A DNA stretch of 62,785 nt from Rhodospirillaceae bacterium (lineage in GTDB: Bacteria > Pseudomonadota > Alphaproteobacteria > JAEULC01): NCBI GenBank assembly GCA_023266845.1, contig JAHFPH010000002.1, positions 1 through 62,785 on the forward strand, written 5' to 3'. Positions 49,020 to 59,162 of the stretch are shown here, in pieces. The number at the start of each line of letters is the position of its first letter. Position 1 is the first letter of the stretch. A program made the position numbers and the translations under genes. The notes beneath the pieces were generated by a model. That model was given only the letters and a program-made list of their open reading frames with translations. It ran no database searches and had not been told where the DNA came from.

Positions 49020-49532
49020 ATGAACATCTTGCAAAAATTGAACCAGGAAATGGTGGAGAAGCTGACCGCCACCAACAAGGTGCCGGACTTCAAGCCCGGC
49101 GATACGCTGCGCGTGAACGTGAAGGTGGTCGAGGGCGAGCGCGAGCGCGTGCAGTTGTTCGAGGGCGTGTGCATCGCGCGCAAGAACGCGGGCGTGAATT
49201 CGGCCTTCACGGTGCGCAAGATCAGCTACGGCGAGGGCGTGGAGCGCGTGTTCCCGCTGTATTCGCCGCGCATCGCCGGCATCGAGGTGGTGCGCCGCGG
49301 CGACGTGCGCCGCGCCAAGCTGTATTATCTGCGCGGGCGCACGGGCAAGAGCGCGCGCATCAAGGAAGAGCTGGAATTCCAGCAGATGCTGGAATCGGCC
49401 GTGGCCGAGGCGGGTTCCGCCCCCGAGCTGGCCGCGGCGCAAGCCCAGCGCGAAGAGCGCAGGCGCGCCAACATCGCCGCCGGCAAGGCGCAGATAAAGG
49501 CCAAAAAAGACAAGAAAAAGACCGACAAGTAA
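49020..49532 (+). CDS. rplS: 50S ribosomal protein L19 with a ~45-aa C-terminal extension
   Basis: MNILQKL...[35 protein letters not shown]...[12 protein letters not shown]. The tail ends in [11 protein letters not shown]. Confidence 0.93.
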   Translation: MNILQKLNQEMVEKLTATNKVPDFKPGDTLRVNVKVVEGERERVQLFEGVCIARKNAGVNSAFTVRKISYGEGVERVFPLYSPRIAGIEVVRRGDVRRAKLYYLRGRTGKSARIKEELEFQQMLESAVAEAGSAPELAAAQAQREERRRANIAAGKAQIKAKKDKKKTDK

Positions 49533-49570
49533 GCTTAAGCTCCGCATCGGCACCGGGAAGGAACGCCGCC

Positions 49571-50977
49571 ATGGCAAAGCCGCGCACCTTGTTCGACAAA
49601 ATCTGGGATAGCCATGTGGTCCAGCGCCAGCCCGACGGCACCTGCGTGCTGTATGTCGACCGGCATTTGGTGCATGAGGTGACCAGCCCGCAGGCCTTCG
49701 AGGGCCTGCGCGTGGCGGGGCGCAAGGTGCGCCGGCCCGAGCTGACGCTCGCCGTGCCCGACCACAACGTGCCGACCACCAACCGCGCGGCGGGCATCGA
49801 CGACGCGGAATCGAAGCTGCAGGTCGACACGCTGATGGACAACTGCGCCTATTTCGGCGTGCCGGTCTTCAAGATGGACGATATCCGCCAGGGCATCGTG
49901 CACATCATCGGGCCCGAGCAGGGCTTCACCCAGCCCGGGACCACCATCGTGTGCGGCGACAGCCACACCGCCACGCACGGCGCGTTCGGGGCGCTTGCCT
50001 TCGGCATCGGCACGTCGGAGGTCGAGCACGTGCTGGCGACGCAGACGCTGCTGCAGCAGCCGGCCAAGAACATGCGCGTCACCGTGAACGGCAAGCTGCC
50101 GCTGGGCGTGACCGCCAAGGACATGATCCTGGCAATCATCGGCAAGATCGGCACCGCCGGCGGCACCGGCCACGTGATCGAATACGCCGGCGACGCGGTC
50201 AAGGCCCTGTCGATGGAAGGCCGCATGACCGTCTGCAACATGTCGGTCGAGGCCGGCGCGCGCGCCGGCATGGTGGCGCCCGACGAAACCACCTTCGCCT
50301 ATCTCAAGGGCCGGCCGATGTCGCCCAAGGCCGGCCAGTGGGAGCAGGCCGTGGCGTATTGGAAGACGCTGCCGTCGGACCAAGGCGCGGCTTACGACAA
50401 GGAAGTCGGCTTGAACGCGGCCGAGATTCCGCCGCAGGTCACCTGGGGCACCAATCCCGAGCAGGTGCAGCCGATCACCGGCCAGGTGCCCGACCCGGCG
50501 GCGGAGAAGGACGAGATGCGCCGCGCCGGCATCGCCCGGTCGCTCGAATACATGGGCCTGAAGCCGGGCACCAAGATGACCGACATCGCCATCGACACGG
50601 TGTTCATCGGCAGCTGCACCAACGGCCGCATCGAGGATCTGCGCGAGGTGGCGGCCGTGGTGAAGGGCCGCAAGGTGAAATTGGGCCTGCGCGCGATGAT
50701 CGTGCCGGGCTCGGGCCTGGTGAAGCACCAGGCCGAGGAAGAGGGCCTGGACCGCATCTTTACCGCGGCCGGTTTCGATTGGCGCGAGCCGGGCTGCTCG
50801 ATGTGCCTGGCGATGAACGCCGACAAGCTGCAGCCGCAGGAGCGCTGCGCCTCGACCTCGAACCGCAATTTCGAGGGCCGCCAGGGCTTCGGCGGACGCA
50901 CGCATCTGGTCAGCCCCGCCATGGCCGCGGCCGCGGCGCTGACCGGCCGGCTGACCGATTTGCGCGACCTCAGGTGA
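49571..50977 (+). CDS. leuC: 3-isopropylmalate dehydratase large subunit
   Basis: [17 protein letters not shown]...[15 protein letters not shown]...CGDSHT...[12 protein letters not shown]...NRNFEGRQG. Confidence 0.95.
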   Translation: MAKPRTLFDKIWDSHVVQRQPDGTCVLYVDRHLVHEVTSPQAFEGLRVAGRKVRRPELTLAVPDHNVPTTNRAAGIDDAESKLQVDTLMDNCAYFGVPVFKMDDIRQGIVHIIGPEQGFTQPGTTIVCGDSHTATHGAFGALAFGIGTSEVEHVLATQTLLQQPAKNMRVTVNGKLPLGVTAKDMILAIIGKIGTAGGTGHVIEYAGDAVKALSMEGRMTVCNMSVEAGARAGMVAPDETTFAYLKGRPMSPKAGQWEQAVAYWKTLPSDQGAAYDKEVGLNAAEIPPQVTWGTNPEQVQPITGQVPDPAAEKDEMRRAGIARSLEYMGLKPGTKMTDIAIDTVFIGSCTNGRIEDLREVAAVVKGRKVKLGLRAMIVPGSGLVKHQAEEEGLDRIFTAAGFDWREPGCSMCLAMNADKLQPQERCASTSNRNFEGRQGFGGRTHLVSPAMAAAAALTGRLTDLRDLR

Positions 50978-51018
50978 CGGCGGGGACCGGCATCGCGTCG
51001 GCCGTCAGGGGGCGGGCA

Positions 51019-51489
51019 ATGGATGAAGGCGATCTTTCCCCCGCGCGCGGGGGGCCGCCGCCGGCGTCGGCGCTTGCGGGGCTGGCGAGGCGCGTTCCCG
51101 CGGCGATCGTCGACGGTGTGATTCTGTTTTTTCTGCTGATGGCCGAAGCGGTGGCGCTGATCCTCGTGTTCGGCATGAAGGTCGGCGTGGACCTTAGCCC
51201 CGCCGACGCACCCTATTTCGTCGTCGGCACCGCGATCGCCTGGCTGTATTGCGCCGGCATGGAAAGCGGCCGGCTCGGCGCCACGCTCGGCAAGCGCGCG
51301 CTGGGCCTGGAAGTGCTGGACCTTGCCGGCGAGCGTCCCGGCTTCGCGCGCGCCAGCCTGCGCTTTGCGGTGCGCGCCCTGACGTTCCCTGTCGGATGGC
51401 TGTGGATTCCGCTGACCCAGCGCCGCCAGGCGCTGCACGACCTCGCCGCGCGCACCATCGTCGTGCGTTCCGGCCGCCGCCCGAGTTAG
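51019..51489 (+). CDS. RDD-family membrane protein
   Basis: 156 aa with three hydrophobic helices. C-terminal [15 protein letters not shown] is typical of RDD proteins. Confidence 0.7.
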   Translation: MDEGDLSPARGGPPPASALAGLARRVPAAIVDGVILFFLLMAEAVALILVFGMKVGVDLSPADAPYFVVGTAIAWLYCAGMESGRLGATLGKRALGLEVLDLAGERPGFARASLRFAVRALTFPVGWLWIPLTQRRQALHDLAARTIVVRSGRRPS

Positions 51490-51515
51490 AACACGGCCCT
51501 GGGGGAAGAAACCCG

Positions 51516-52628
51516 ATGAAGACCAACAAGAAGATGCTGATCCTGGCCGGCGACGGCATCGGGCCCGAGGTGATGGCCCAAGTGCGCCGGGTGATCGACT
51601 GGTTCGACCGCCGCCGCGCGGTGAAGTTCGACGTGCAGGACGGGCTGGTCGGCGGCGTGTCCTACGACAAGCACGGCACGCCCTTGACCGACAACACGCT
51701 GGCCGACGCGATGGCCAGCGACGCCGTGCTGTTCGGATCGGTCGGCGGGCCGCGATACGACGTGCTGCCGTTCGAAAAGCGGCCGGAGCGCGGCCTGTTG
51801 CGCTTGCGCAAGGAGCTTGGCTTGTTCGCCAATCTCAGGCCCGCGATGGTGTTCGACGCGCTGGTCGACGCCTCGTCGCTCAAGGCCGAGATCGTGCAGG
51901 GCCTGGACATCATGATCCTGCGCGAGCTTACCGGCGGCGTCTATTACGGCGAGCCGCGCGGCATCGAGACGCTGCCCGACGGCCAGCGCCGCGGCGTCAA
52001 CACCCAGGTCTACACCACCAACGAGATTCGCCGCATCGCGCGCGTGGCGTTCGAGCTGGCGAAGAAGCGCAAGAACCGCGTGTGTTCGGTGGAAAAGGCC
52101 AACGTGATGGAATCGGGCGTGCTGTGGCGCGAGGAAGTCACCCACGTCCACAAGACCGAGTTCCCTAGGGCCGAGCTTGCGCACATGTACGCCGACAACT
52201 GCGCCATGCAGCTGGTGCGCAATCCCAAGCAGTTCGACGTGATCGTCACCGACAATCTGTTCGGCGACATCCTGTCGGATTGCGCGGCGATGCTGACCGG
52301 GTCGCTCGGCATGCTGCCTTCGGCGTCGCTGGGCGAAGTCGACCAGCAGGGGCGCCGGCGGGCGCTGTACGAGCCGGTGCACGGCTCGGCGCCCGACATC
52401 GCCGGCAAGAACATGGCCAATCCGATCGCCGAGCTTTTGAGCTTCGCGATGCTGCTGCGCTATTCCTTCGACCTAGAGGACGACGCGCGGCTGATCGAAA
52501 CCGCGGTCGAAAAGGTGCTGTCCAGCGGCATGCGCACATCAGACATCATGCAGCCGGGATCGTCCAAGGTTTCGACCGTGGTGATGGGCGACGCGATCTT
52601 GCGCGAGCTCGACAAGCAGGCGGCGTAG
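51516..52628 (+). CDS. leuB: 3-isopropylmalate dehydrogenase
   Basis: [41 protein letters not shown] and NLFGDILSD. Confidence 0.95.
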   Translation: MKTNKKMLILAGDGIGPEVMAQVRRVIDWFDRRRAVKFDVQDGLVGGVSYDKHGTPLTDNTLADAMASDAVLFGSVGGPRYDVLPFEKRPERGLLRLRKELGLFANLRPAMVFDALVDASSLKAEIVQGLDIMILRELTGGVYYGEPRGIETLPDGQRRGVNTQVYTTNEIRRIARVAFELAKKRKNRVCSVEKANVMESGVLWREEVTHVHKTEFPRAELAHMYADNCAMQLVRNPKQFDVIVTDNLFGDILSDCAAMLTGSLGMLPSASLGEVDQQGRRRALYEPVHGSAPDIAGKNMANPIAELLSFAMLLRYSFDLEDDARLIETAVEKVLSSGMRTSDIMQPGSSKVSTVVMGDAILRELDKQAA

Positions 52629-52647
52629 AAAGAGCCGTCGTCAACGG

Positions 52648-53025
52648 CTATTCCTCCACGACGATCACGCCGTCCATGTCCTCGTGGCCATCGCCGCAGA
52701 ACACGTCGCAAGCGAAGACGAACCTGCCCGCCTTGTCCGGGGTGAATTCCACGCGCACGGCCTGATCCGGCAGCACGTCGGCGCGCAGACCCAGCCCCAG
52801 TATCCTGAACCCGTGGATGCGATCGAGCGCCACGAGTTCCAGAACCACCGGGACACCTTTCTTCAGCACGATCTTCTGCGGGTTGTATTCGAACTTCTTG
52901 GCCGTGATGCGGATCACCCGGGGTTCGGCCGCCATCGGAAGCACGGCGTGGAATGCGATCGCACCCGCGCATACGGCGACGGCAAACCCCGCCCCCGCCG
53001 CCAAGCGGCGCAACAACCCTGTCAT
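52648..53025 (-). CDS. Cupredoxin-like domain protein, membrane-anchored or secreted
   Basis: N-terminal hydrophobic segment, then ITAKKFEYNPQKIVLKKGVPVVLELVALDRIHGF...FACDVFCGDGHEDM (cupredoxin-like Cys/His/Met cluster). Confidence 0.6.
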   Translation of the reverse strand: MTGLLRRLAAGAGFAVAVCAGAIAFHAVLPMAAEPRVIRITAKKFEYNPQKIVLKKGVPVVLELVALDRIHGFRILGLGLRADVLPDQAVRVEFTPDKAGRFVFACDVFCGDGHEDMDGVIVVEE

Positions 53026-53037
53026 GATGCGCGCTCC

Positions 53038-53916
53038 CTAGGCGACCGGGTATTGCTTGATAACCGGGTTGCCCGGCGCGTCGCCGGAACCGACCGAGCG
53101 GAACCCAAGACCCTTGAACGGCGCCGCCGGGTCCCATGCGACCGGCGCGCGCTTGGGCTGCGCGCCCGGCGCAGGCAGCGGGAAGATCAGCGACGTGGCG
53201 GCGTGGTGCGCGATATGGCCGGTCATGTGGTGATGCTCCTGATGGATATGCCCGTAGAACACCGTGACGTTCTTGTAGGGCGTCAGGATGTCGATCGCCG
53301 CCTTGCCGTCGGCCGTGGCCCAGTCCCATTCCGGCTGCAGATCGAACAGCGGCCGGTGCGTCAGCACGATGATCGGCCGATCTTTGTCGATCTGCGCCAG
53401 ATCGGCCTTGAGCCAGTCGAGTTGCGCCTGGCCAAGCTTGGCGCCCGGATCGGACACGTTGTCGAGCGCGACGAAATGGATGCCCGCATGGTCGAAGGCG
53501 TAATAGGTGCGGCCGAAGAACTCCTGGTAGGCCTCGCCCTTGTCCAGCGACGCGTCGTGCTCGCCCGGAATGAAACGCTGGTTCTTGACGGCAAGGCCCG
53601 CGACGATTTCCTTGAACTCGGCCAGGCGCCGGCGGCGCTCCTTCGGGTCGTCGGTGGTGTGCGTCAGGTCGCCCGTGAACATGATGAAGTCGGGCTGGCG
53701 CGGCAGCGTGTTGACCGCCGCGACCGCGCGCTTCAGCGTGCTGGCCGCCTCGGGATTGGGCGGGCCGCTGAAGCCCCAATGCGTGTCCGACAACTGCACG
53801 AAGAAGAAGTCCTTGCCGGCCGCGGCGGCATAGGCCGGCGACAAGCCGGTGGCGAACACCACCCCGCCATAGCCGGCGAGCTTCATGAAATCGCGGCGAT
53901 CGAACTGCGCTTGCAT
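53038..53916 (-). CDS. Tat-exported metallophosphoesterase
   Basis: Twin-arginine leader MQAQFDRRDFMKLAGYGGVV...AYAAAAG. Calcineurin-like motifs QLSDTH, FTGDLTH, IPGEHD, VLTHRPL and YGHIHQEHH. ATG 53916 is preceded by GGAGGG. The TTG at 53928 overlaps the SD. Confidence 0.8.
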   Translation of the reverse strand: MQAQFDRRDFMKLAGYGGVVFATGLSPAYAAAAGKDFFFVQLSDTHWGFSGPPNPEAASTLKRAVAAVNTLPRQPDFIMFTGDLTHTTDDPKERRRRLAEFKEIVAGLAVKNQRFIPGEHDASLDKGEAYQEFFGRTYYAFDHAGIHFVALDNVSDPGAKLGQAQLDWLKADLAQIDKDRPIIVLTHRPLFDLQPEWDWATADGKAAIDILTPYKNVTVFYGHIHQEHHHMTGHIAHHAATSLIFPLPAPGAQPKRAPVAWDPAAPFKGLGFRSVGSGDAPGNPVIKQYPVA

Positions 53917-54010
53917 CGGTCCCTCCAATGTTCAATGGTCTTAAAGCTGGATGCATTGCAGACTCGCCGGGCGCCCCGGTTCATTCCCGGGTATTTTTCT
54001 TGGGTTCGCG

Positions 54011-54037
54011 GGAATAAGCCGCCCCGCGCGGCGGTCT
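54011..54037 (+). promoter_or_regulatory. Possible ECF-type promoter upstream of the sigma gene (speculative)
   Basis: GGAATAA followed 18 nt after GGAAT by GTCT (54034-54037), about 50 nt upstream of GTG 54086. The spacing is slightly long for ECF consensus promoters. Confidence 0.2.
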
Positions 54038-54085
54038 GGATGACGATGGAGTCCGTGTCGCGGAAAGCGTCGGGGCCGGGATGTC

Positions 54086-54643
54086 GTGACCGATATCGAG
54101 CGCAAAGCGCGCTTCGAGCGCGTGGCCCTGCCGCAGCTCGACGCGGCGTTCAACCTGGCGCGGTGGCTGACCGGCAACGACCGCGACGCGGAGGACGTGG
54201 TGCAGGAGGCTTATTTGCGGGCGTTCCGCTATTTCGACGGCTATCGCGGCGGCGACGGGCGCAGCTGGATGTTGAGCATCGTGCGCCGCACCGCCTTTAC
54301 CTGGCTTGAGCGCAACCGCCGGCCGGGCACAGTGCCGTTCGAGGAATTCGACGCGTCGGAGATGCCGGCCGCGGATGGCGGGTCGGCGCCGCCGGACGAT
54401 CCCGAACAGTCCGCGATTCGCAGCGCCGACCGGCGGCGCTTGGGCGAGCTGATCGCGGCGCTGCCGGCGCAGTTCCGCGACGTGCTGGTGCTGCGCGAGC
54501 TTGAAGACATGCCGTACCGCGACATCGCGACGGTGTGCGGCATTCCCGTCGGCACCGTCATGTCGCGCCTGGCCCGCGCCCGCGCCATGCTGCGCCAGGC
54601 CTGGATCAGGCCGCAACGCAAGGGATTGAGCCATGGATTGTAG
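54086..54643 (+). CDS. ECF-type RNA polymerase sigma-70 factor
   Basis: Region 2: DAEDVVQEAYLRAF...WMLSIVRR. Region 4: MPYRDIATVCGIPVGTVMSRLARARAML. GTG start. Confidence 0.9.
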   Translation: MTDIERKARFERVALPQLDAAFNLARWLTGNDRDAEDVVQEAYLRAFRYFDGYRGGDGRSWMLSIVRRTAFTWLERNRRPGTVPFEEFDASEMPAADGGSAPPDDPEQSAIRSADRRRLGELIAALPAQFRDVLVLRELEDMPYRDIATVCGIPVGTVMSRLARARAMLRQAWIRPQRKGLSHGL

Positions 54644-55388
54644 GCAAGCCGCCGCGCGCGCCGATGCGTTCGTCGACGGCGAGCTCGATCCCGCCGAGCG
54701 GGCGGCGATGGCGGCGCATCTCTTGGGTTGTGCCGCCTGCCGCGGCCAGGTGGAGGAGCGGCGCGAGCTGGCTGCGGCGCTTAGTGCCGGCGCCACCTAT
54801 CACCGCGCGCCCGAGGGACTTGCCGAGCGCATCGGCGCGGCTCTGGACGCGGCACCCGCTTTCGCGCCGGGCCGCGCGCAGCGCTGGCGGCCGGCGGCGC
54901 TGGCCGCGTCGCTGGCGCTGGTGGCGGCGTTGTCGTCATTCGCCACGCTGCGCCTGGCCGTGCCGGACCCGGGCGACGCGCTACTCGACGACATGGTCGC
55001 GGGCCATGTGCGCGCGCTGATGGCCGATCATCTGACCGACGTGGCCTCGTCGGATCAGCACACGGTCAAGCCGTGGTTCAACGGCAAGCTGAACCTGTCG
55101 CCGCCGGTCAAGGACCTGACCACGTCCGGCTTCCCCCTGGTCGGCGGGCGGTTGGACTATGTCGCCGGCCGCCCGGCGGCGGCGCTGGTCTACCGGCACC
55201 GCCAGCACGTCATCAACCTGTTCGTGGCGCCGGACGACGCGCGCGCGGCGGCGACCCCAGCCGCCTCGGCGCGGCAGGGCTATAACGTGCTGCATTGGAG
55301 CGACGGCGGCCTTGGCTATTGGGCGGTGTCGGACCTCGGCGCCGCCGACCTGGCGCAATTCCAGTCGCTGATGCGTGAGACGCGCTAG
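54633..55388 (+). CDS. Zinc-binding (ZAS-type) anti-sigma factor, single-pass membrane protein
   Basis: Overlaps the sigma gene by 11 nt. MDCRQAAARADAFVDGELDPAERAAMAAHLLGCAACRGQ (HxxxCxxC), a TM segment, and a periplasmic domain paralogous to that of 38035-38805. Confidence 0.8.
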   Translation: MDCRQAAARADAFVDGELDPAERAAMAAHLLGCAACRGQVEERRELAAALSAGATYHRAPEGLAERIGAALDAAPAFAPGRAQRWRPAALAASLALVAALSSFATLRLAVPDPGDALLDDMVAGHVRALMADHLTDVASSDQHTVKPWFNGKLNLSPPVKDLTTSGFPLVGGRLDYVAGRPAAALVYRHRQHVINLFVAPDDARAAATPAASARQGYNVLHWSDGGLGYWAVSDLGAADLAQFQSLMRETR

Positions 55389-56296
55389 CGCAGCTTCGGG
55401 TTCAGCGCGTCGCGCAGCCAGTCGCCCAAAAGGTTGACCGCCAGCACCAGCATCGCCAGCGCGATGCCCGGGAAGATCACGATCCACCATTCGCCCGAGA
55501 ACAGGAAGTTGTTGCCGATGCGGATCAGCGTGCCGAGCGAGGGTTGCGTGCCCGGCACGCCCACGCCCAGGAACGACAGCGTCGCCTCGGTCAGGATCGC
55601 CACCGCCAGCCCGACGGTCGCGATCACCAGCACCGGCCCCATCACGTTGGGCAGCACGTGCCGGACCATGATGATGACGGGGTGCAGCCCGATTACGCGG
55701 GCGGCCTGGACGTATTCCTTGCGCTTTTCCACCAGGGTCGAGGCGCGCACCGTGCGCGCGTAATGCACCCAGTTGGAAACGCCGATCGAGAACACCAGCA
55801 CCAGCACCGCCAGGCGGTCATGCGCCTCGCCCGGCAACAGCGCGCGCGTGACGCCGTCGATCATCAGCGCGATCAGGATGGTGGGAAAGGTCAATTGCAC
55901 GTCGGCCAGGCGCATGATCACGGTTTCGGTGGCGCCGCCGGCATAGCCCGCGAACATGCCCAGCGCGATGCCCACGATCATGGCGAACAACACCGCCAGG
56001 AACCCGACCGTCAGCGACACCCGAAGCCCATAGAAGATCGCCGACAGCAGATCGCGGCCCTGGTCGTCGGTGCCCAGCACGAAACGCCAGCTTCCCTCTG
56101 GCGCCCAGGCCGGCGGGTTGAACGCGTCGATCAATTGCAGCGCGCCGGGGTCCCACGGGTTTTGCGGCGAAATCCACGGCGCCAGCAAGGCGGCGACAAC
56201 CAACGCCGCGGTCACTGCGGCCGCGAGGATGGTGGTCTTGGACGAGCGGAAGCTGTGCCAGATGTCGCTGTCCAAGGCGCGGGCGAGAAGGCTCAT
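55385..56296 (-). CDS. ABC transporter permease, DppC/OppC-like
   Basis: 303 aa, six TM segments, peptide/nickel-type permease architecture. It starts immediately after the upstream permease stop. Confidence 0.9.
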   Translation of the reverse strand: MSLLARALDSDIWHSFRSSKTTILAAAVTAALVVAALLAPWISPQNPWDPGALQLIDAFNPPAWAPEGSWRFVLGTDDQGRDLLSAIFYGLRVSLTVGFLAVLFAMIVGIALGMFAGYAGGATETVIMRLADVQLTFPTILIALMIDGVTRALLPGEAHDRLAVLVLVFSIGVSNWVHYARTVRASTLVEKRKEYVQAARVIGLHPVIIMVRHVLPNVMGPVLVIATVGLAVAILTEATLSFLGVGVPGTQPSLGTLIRIGNNFLFSGEWWIVIFPGIALAMLVLAVNLLGDWLRDALNPKLR

Positions 56297-57286
56297 CTAA
56301 ACCCCCCGCTCCATCGCGCCGCGATCGGCGCGCAGGCGCGGATCGACCAGGTAATAGAGCAAGTCGACCACCAGGTTGATGCCGACGAACAGCAGCGCGA
56401 TCAACAGCAGATAGGTCGACATCACCGGAATGTCGGCGAACTGCACGGCCTGCAGAAACAAAAGGCCCATGCCCGGCCACTGGAACACGGTTTCGGTGAT
56501 GATGGCGAAGGCGATAATCGAGCCGAGCTGCAGGCCGGTGATGGTGATGACCGGAATCAGCGTGTTTTTCAGCGCATGGCCGAAGTTTATCGCGCGGTTG
56601 GTGAGCCCCCGCGCGCGCGCGAACTTGATGTAGTCCGTGCGCAGCACCTCCAGCATCTCGGAGCGGACCAGGCGCATGATCAGCGTCAGCTGGAACAGGC
56701 CCAGCGTGATCGCGGGCAGGATGATCGACTGCCACCCGCTGACCGTCAGCAGCCCGGTGGTCCAGAATCCGATCTTGACCACGTCGCCGCGCCCGAATGT
56801 GGGCAGCCAGCCCAGCACCACGCCGAACAACAGAATCAGCAGGATGCCGATCAGGAATGTCGGCAACGAGATGCCGACCAGCGACACGGCCATGAACACG
56901 CGGCTGGCCCAGTGGTTGGGCTTCAAGCCGGTCAGCACGCCCAGCGGAATGGCGAACGCCAGCGCGAACAGCGCCGCCATGCCCGACAATTCCAGCGTCG
57001 CCGGCAGGCGCTCGGCGATCAGTTCCTCCACCGGCTTCACCGTGCGCAAGCTGACGCCGAACTTTCCGCTCAACACATTGCCGATGAAGCGGGCGAACTG
57101 CACGACCACCGGCTTGTCGAGGCCCAGGTTCTCGCGCATGCGCGCGATGTCCGCGGCCGTCGTGTCGGGCCCGACCATGCTGGCGATCGGGTCGCCGACA
57201 TACTGGAACACCGCGAAGGCGATCAGCGCCACGGCGACCAGCACCAGCAGGGATTGGAACAGGCGTTCGACGATATAGGCGATCAT
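56297..57286 (-). CDS. ABC transporter permease, DppB/OppB-like
   Basis: MIAYIVERLFQSLLVLVAVALIAF... is the typical DppB N-terminus. 329 aa. Confidence 0.9.
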   Translation of the reverse strand: MIAYIVERLFQSLLVLVAVALIAFAVFQYVGDPIASMVGPDTTAADIARMRENLGLDKPVVVQFARFIGNVLSGKFGVSLRTVKPVEELIAERLPATLELSGMAALFALAFAIPLGVLTGLKPNHWASRVFMAVSLVGISLPTFLIGILLILLFGVVLGWLPTFGRGDVVKIGFWTTGLLTVSGWQSIILPAITLGLFQLTLIMRLVRSEMLEVLRTDYIKFARARGLTNRAINFGHALKNTLIPVITITGLQLGSIIAFAIITETVFQWPGMGLLFLQAVQFADIPVMSTYLLLIALLFVGINLVVDLLYYLVDPRLRADRGAMERGV

Positions 57287-57365
57287 CTTAGAATCGCGCG
57301 GCCCTCATGGTCCGTTGGTTGAACCATGAGGGACGATTGCAAAGACAAGGGGCGCCGTTTCGGTC

Positions 57366-58994
57366 TTACTTCATCATCACGTGGTACCAGAGAAGTTCGT
57401 TGCCGGCATGCGGCTCGAGCTTGGCGATGCTGTCGCGCGAACCCCAGGCGATCATCTGCTGGTGCAGCGGTATATAGGCCACATCGTCGATCGTCGTCTT
57501 CCAGGCGTCGTGCAAAAGCTGGTCGCGCTTCTTCTTGTCGGTTTCCTGGCCGATCTGGTCGATCAGCGCGTCGACCTTGGGATTGCCGTAGCGGCCGTAG
57601 TTGAAGGTTCCGCCCGGCTTTGACTTGCCGTCCTTGTCCACCGGCACGCTGCGGTGCAGGAACTCGAGCGGGTTCCACGAGTCGTAGCTGCCCGGCGCCC
57701 AGCCCAGCATGTAGAAGCTGGTTTCGAACTTCTGGTATTCGCCGAACAGCACCGTGTTGGTTTTGGTCACCAGGTTGATCTTGACGCCGGCGCGCTGCAG
57801 CATGCCGACGACCGCCTGGCAGATCGCTTCGTCGTTGACGTAGCGGTCGTTCGGACAGTCGAGCTGCACCTCGAATCCATTGGGATAGCCGGCATCGGCC
57901 AGCAGCTTTTTCGCGGCTTCCGGGTTATGGGGCAGGCGCTTGAAGGCGACGTCCCAGCCCTCGAAACCCTTGGCTACCATCATCGCCGAGGGCAGCGCCA
58001 GGTTGCGCATCACCTTGGTCTTGATCGCCTCGATGTCGATCGCCTGCAGGAAGGCTTGGCGCACGCGCACGTCCTTGAACGGGTTCTTGCCCTTGACGCT
58101 GGAGTGCAGCAGCTCTTTGTGCTCGTGATCGAAGCCGAAAAAGACGATGCGCGTCTCGGGCGCGGTGACGACCTTGGTGCCCTTGTTCTTGTTGATACGG
58201 TCGATGTCCTGCACCGGCACCGGCTCCATGAAGTCGATCTCGCCCGACAGCAGCGCGGCCACGCGCGTGGGCGCCGAGGTGATCGGCCGGAAGATCACCT
58301 CGGTGACGTTGTGCTTGTACTTGTCCTTGCCCCACCAGTCGTTGTTGACCGCGAACACGGTCTTCACGTCAGCCTCGCGGCTTACCAGCTTGAAAGGCCC
58401 GGTGCCGTTGGCCTGGGTTGTGGCGGCGTTCGGCGCATCGCCTTTGGACGGGTCGGCGACCTCGGTCGCTTTGTTGTCGATCGCCCAGCCCTTGGAATAG
58501 ATGCCCCAGGTAGTCCATTCGTAGTGCAGGATCGGATTCGGCTTTTCGGTGATGAAGTCGACCGTGTAATCGTCGACCTTTTTCACGACCACGTTGGCCG
58601 GCAGCCGGCCCTTGAGGTCCGAACCCTTGCCCAGCGCACGCTGGGCCGAGAACACCACGTCGTCGGCGGTGAACGGGCGGCCGTCGTGGAACTTCACGCC
58701 CTTGCGCAGATAAAAGCGCCAGCGCGTCGGCTCGGCGATCTCCCACCGCTCGGCCAGCGCCGGTTCGATCGCCAGCGTCTTGGGATCGCGGCGAATCAGC
58801 CCCTCGTAGACGTGGCTCATGATGCTGAGCGAAAGCGTCTGGTTGCGCATGTACTGGTCGGCGGAGTTAAGGTCCCCCTGGCTCGCCCATTTCAAGGTCT
58901 TGGCCTGGGCCGGTGCGGCCAAAACCACGGCCATCGCCGTGGCCATCGCCAGCGACGCAACCACGCCGATGCGCGCAACCGATTGTCCGAGCAT
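57366..58994 (-). CDS. ABC transporter substrate-binding protein, family 5 (peptide/nickel/opine type)
   Basis: Start at ATG 58994 (MLGQSVARIGVVASLAMATAMAVVLAAPAQA signal peptide). The mature part is KTLKWASQGDL...VYEGLIRRDP... The upstream 327 aa of the 869-aa ORF are junk antisense to neighbouring genes. Confidence 0.9.
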   Translation of the reverse strand: MLGQSVARIGVVASLAMATAMAVVLAAPAQAKTLKWASQGDLNSADQYMRNQTLSLSIMSHVYEGLIRRDPKTLAIEPALAERWEIAEPTRWRFYLRKGVKFHDGRPFTADDVVFSAQRALGKGSDLKGRLPANVVVKKVDDYTVDFITEKPNPILHYEWTTWGIYSKGWAIDNKATEVADPSKGDAPNAATTQANGTGPFKLVSREADVKTVFAVNNDWWGKDKYKHNVTEVIFRPITSAPTRVAALLSGEIDFMEPVPVQDIDRINKNKGTKVVTAPETRIVFFGFDHEHKELLHSSVKGKNPFKDVRVRQAFLQAIDIEAIKTKVMRNLALPSAMMVAKGFEGWDVAFKRLPHNPEAAKKLLADAGYPNGFEVQLDCPNDRYVNDEAICQAVVGMLQRAGVKINLVTKTNTVLFGEYQKFETSFYMLGWAPGSYDSWNPLEFLHRSVPVDKDGKSKPGGTFNYGRYGNPKVDALIDQIGQETDKKKRDQLLHDAWKTTIDDVAYIPLHQQMIAWGSRDSIAKLEPHAGNELLWYHVMMK

Positions 58995-59162
58995 GAATCC
59001 CACTCCCCTCAAGCGTTTGTTAGCCGCGCCGCCGGCGCCGAGGACCCTGGTCTTGCCGCCAAGCGATCTGGCATACATGATAATTGCTCGCGTTCGCCCA
59101 AGTCCAGCCAAAGCGTGGTGGTCTTTAGAGAATCGCGAACGGCGCAAGGGTGGAGAAGGCTT

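Noticed and set aside
51019-51489. Considered as a divergent leuD because of its position between leuC and leuB
   Set aside because: The product is a three-helix membrane protein with an RDD-type C-terminus and none of the aconitase swivel-domain motifs.
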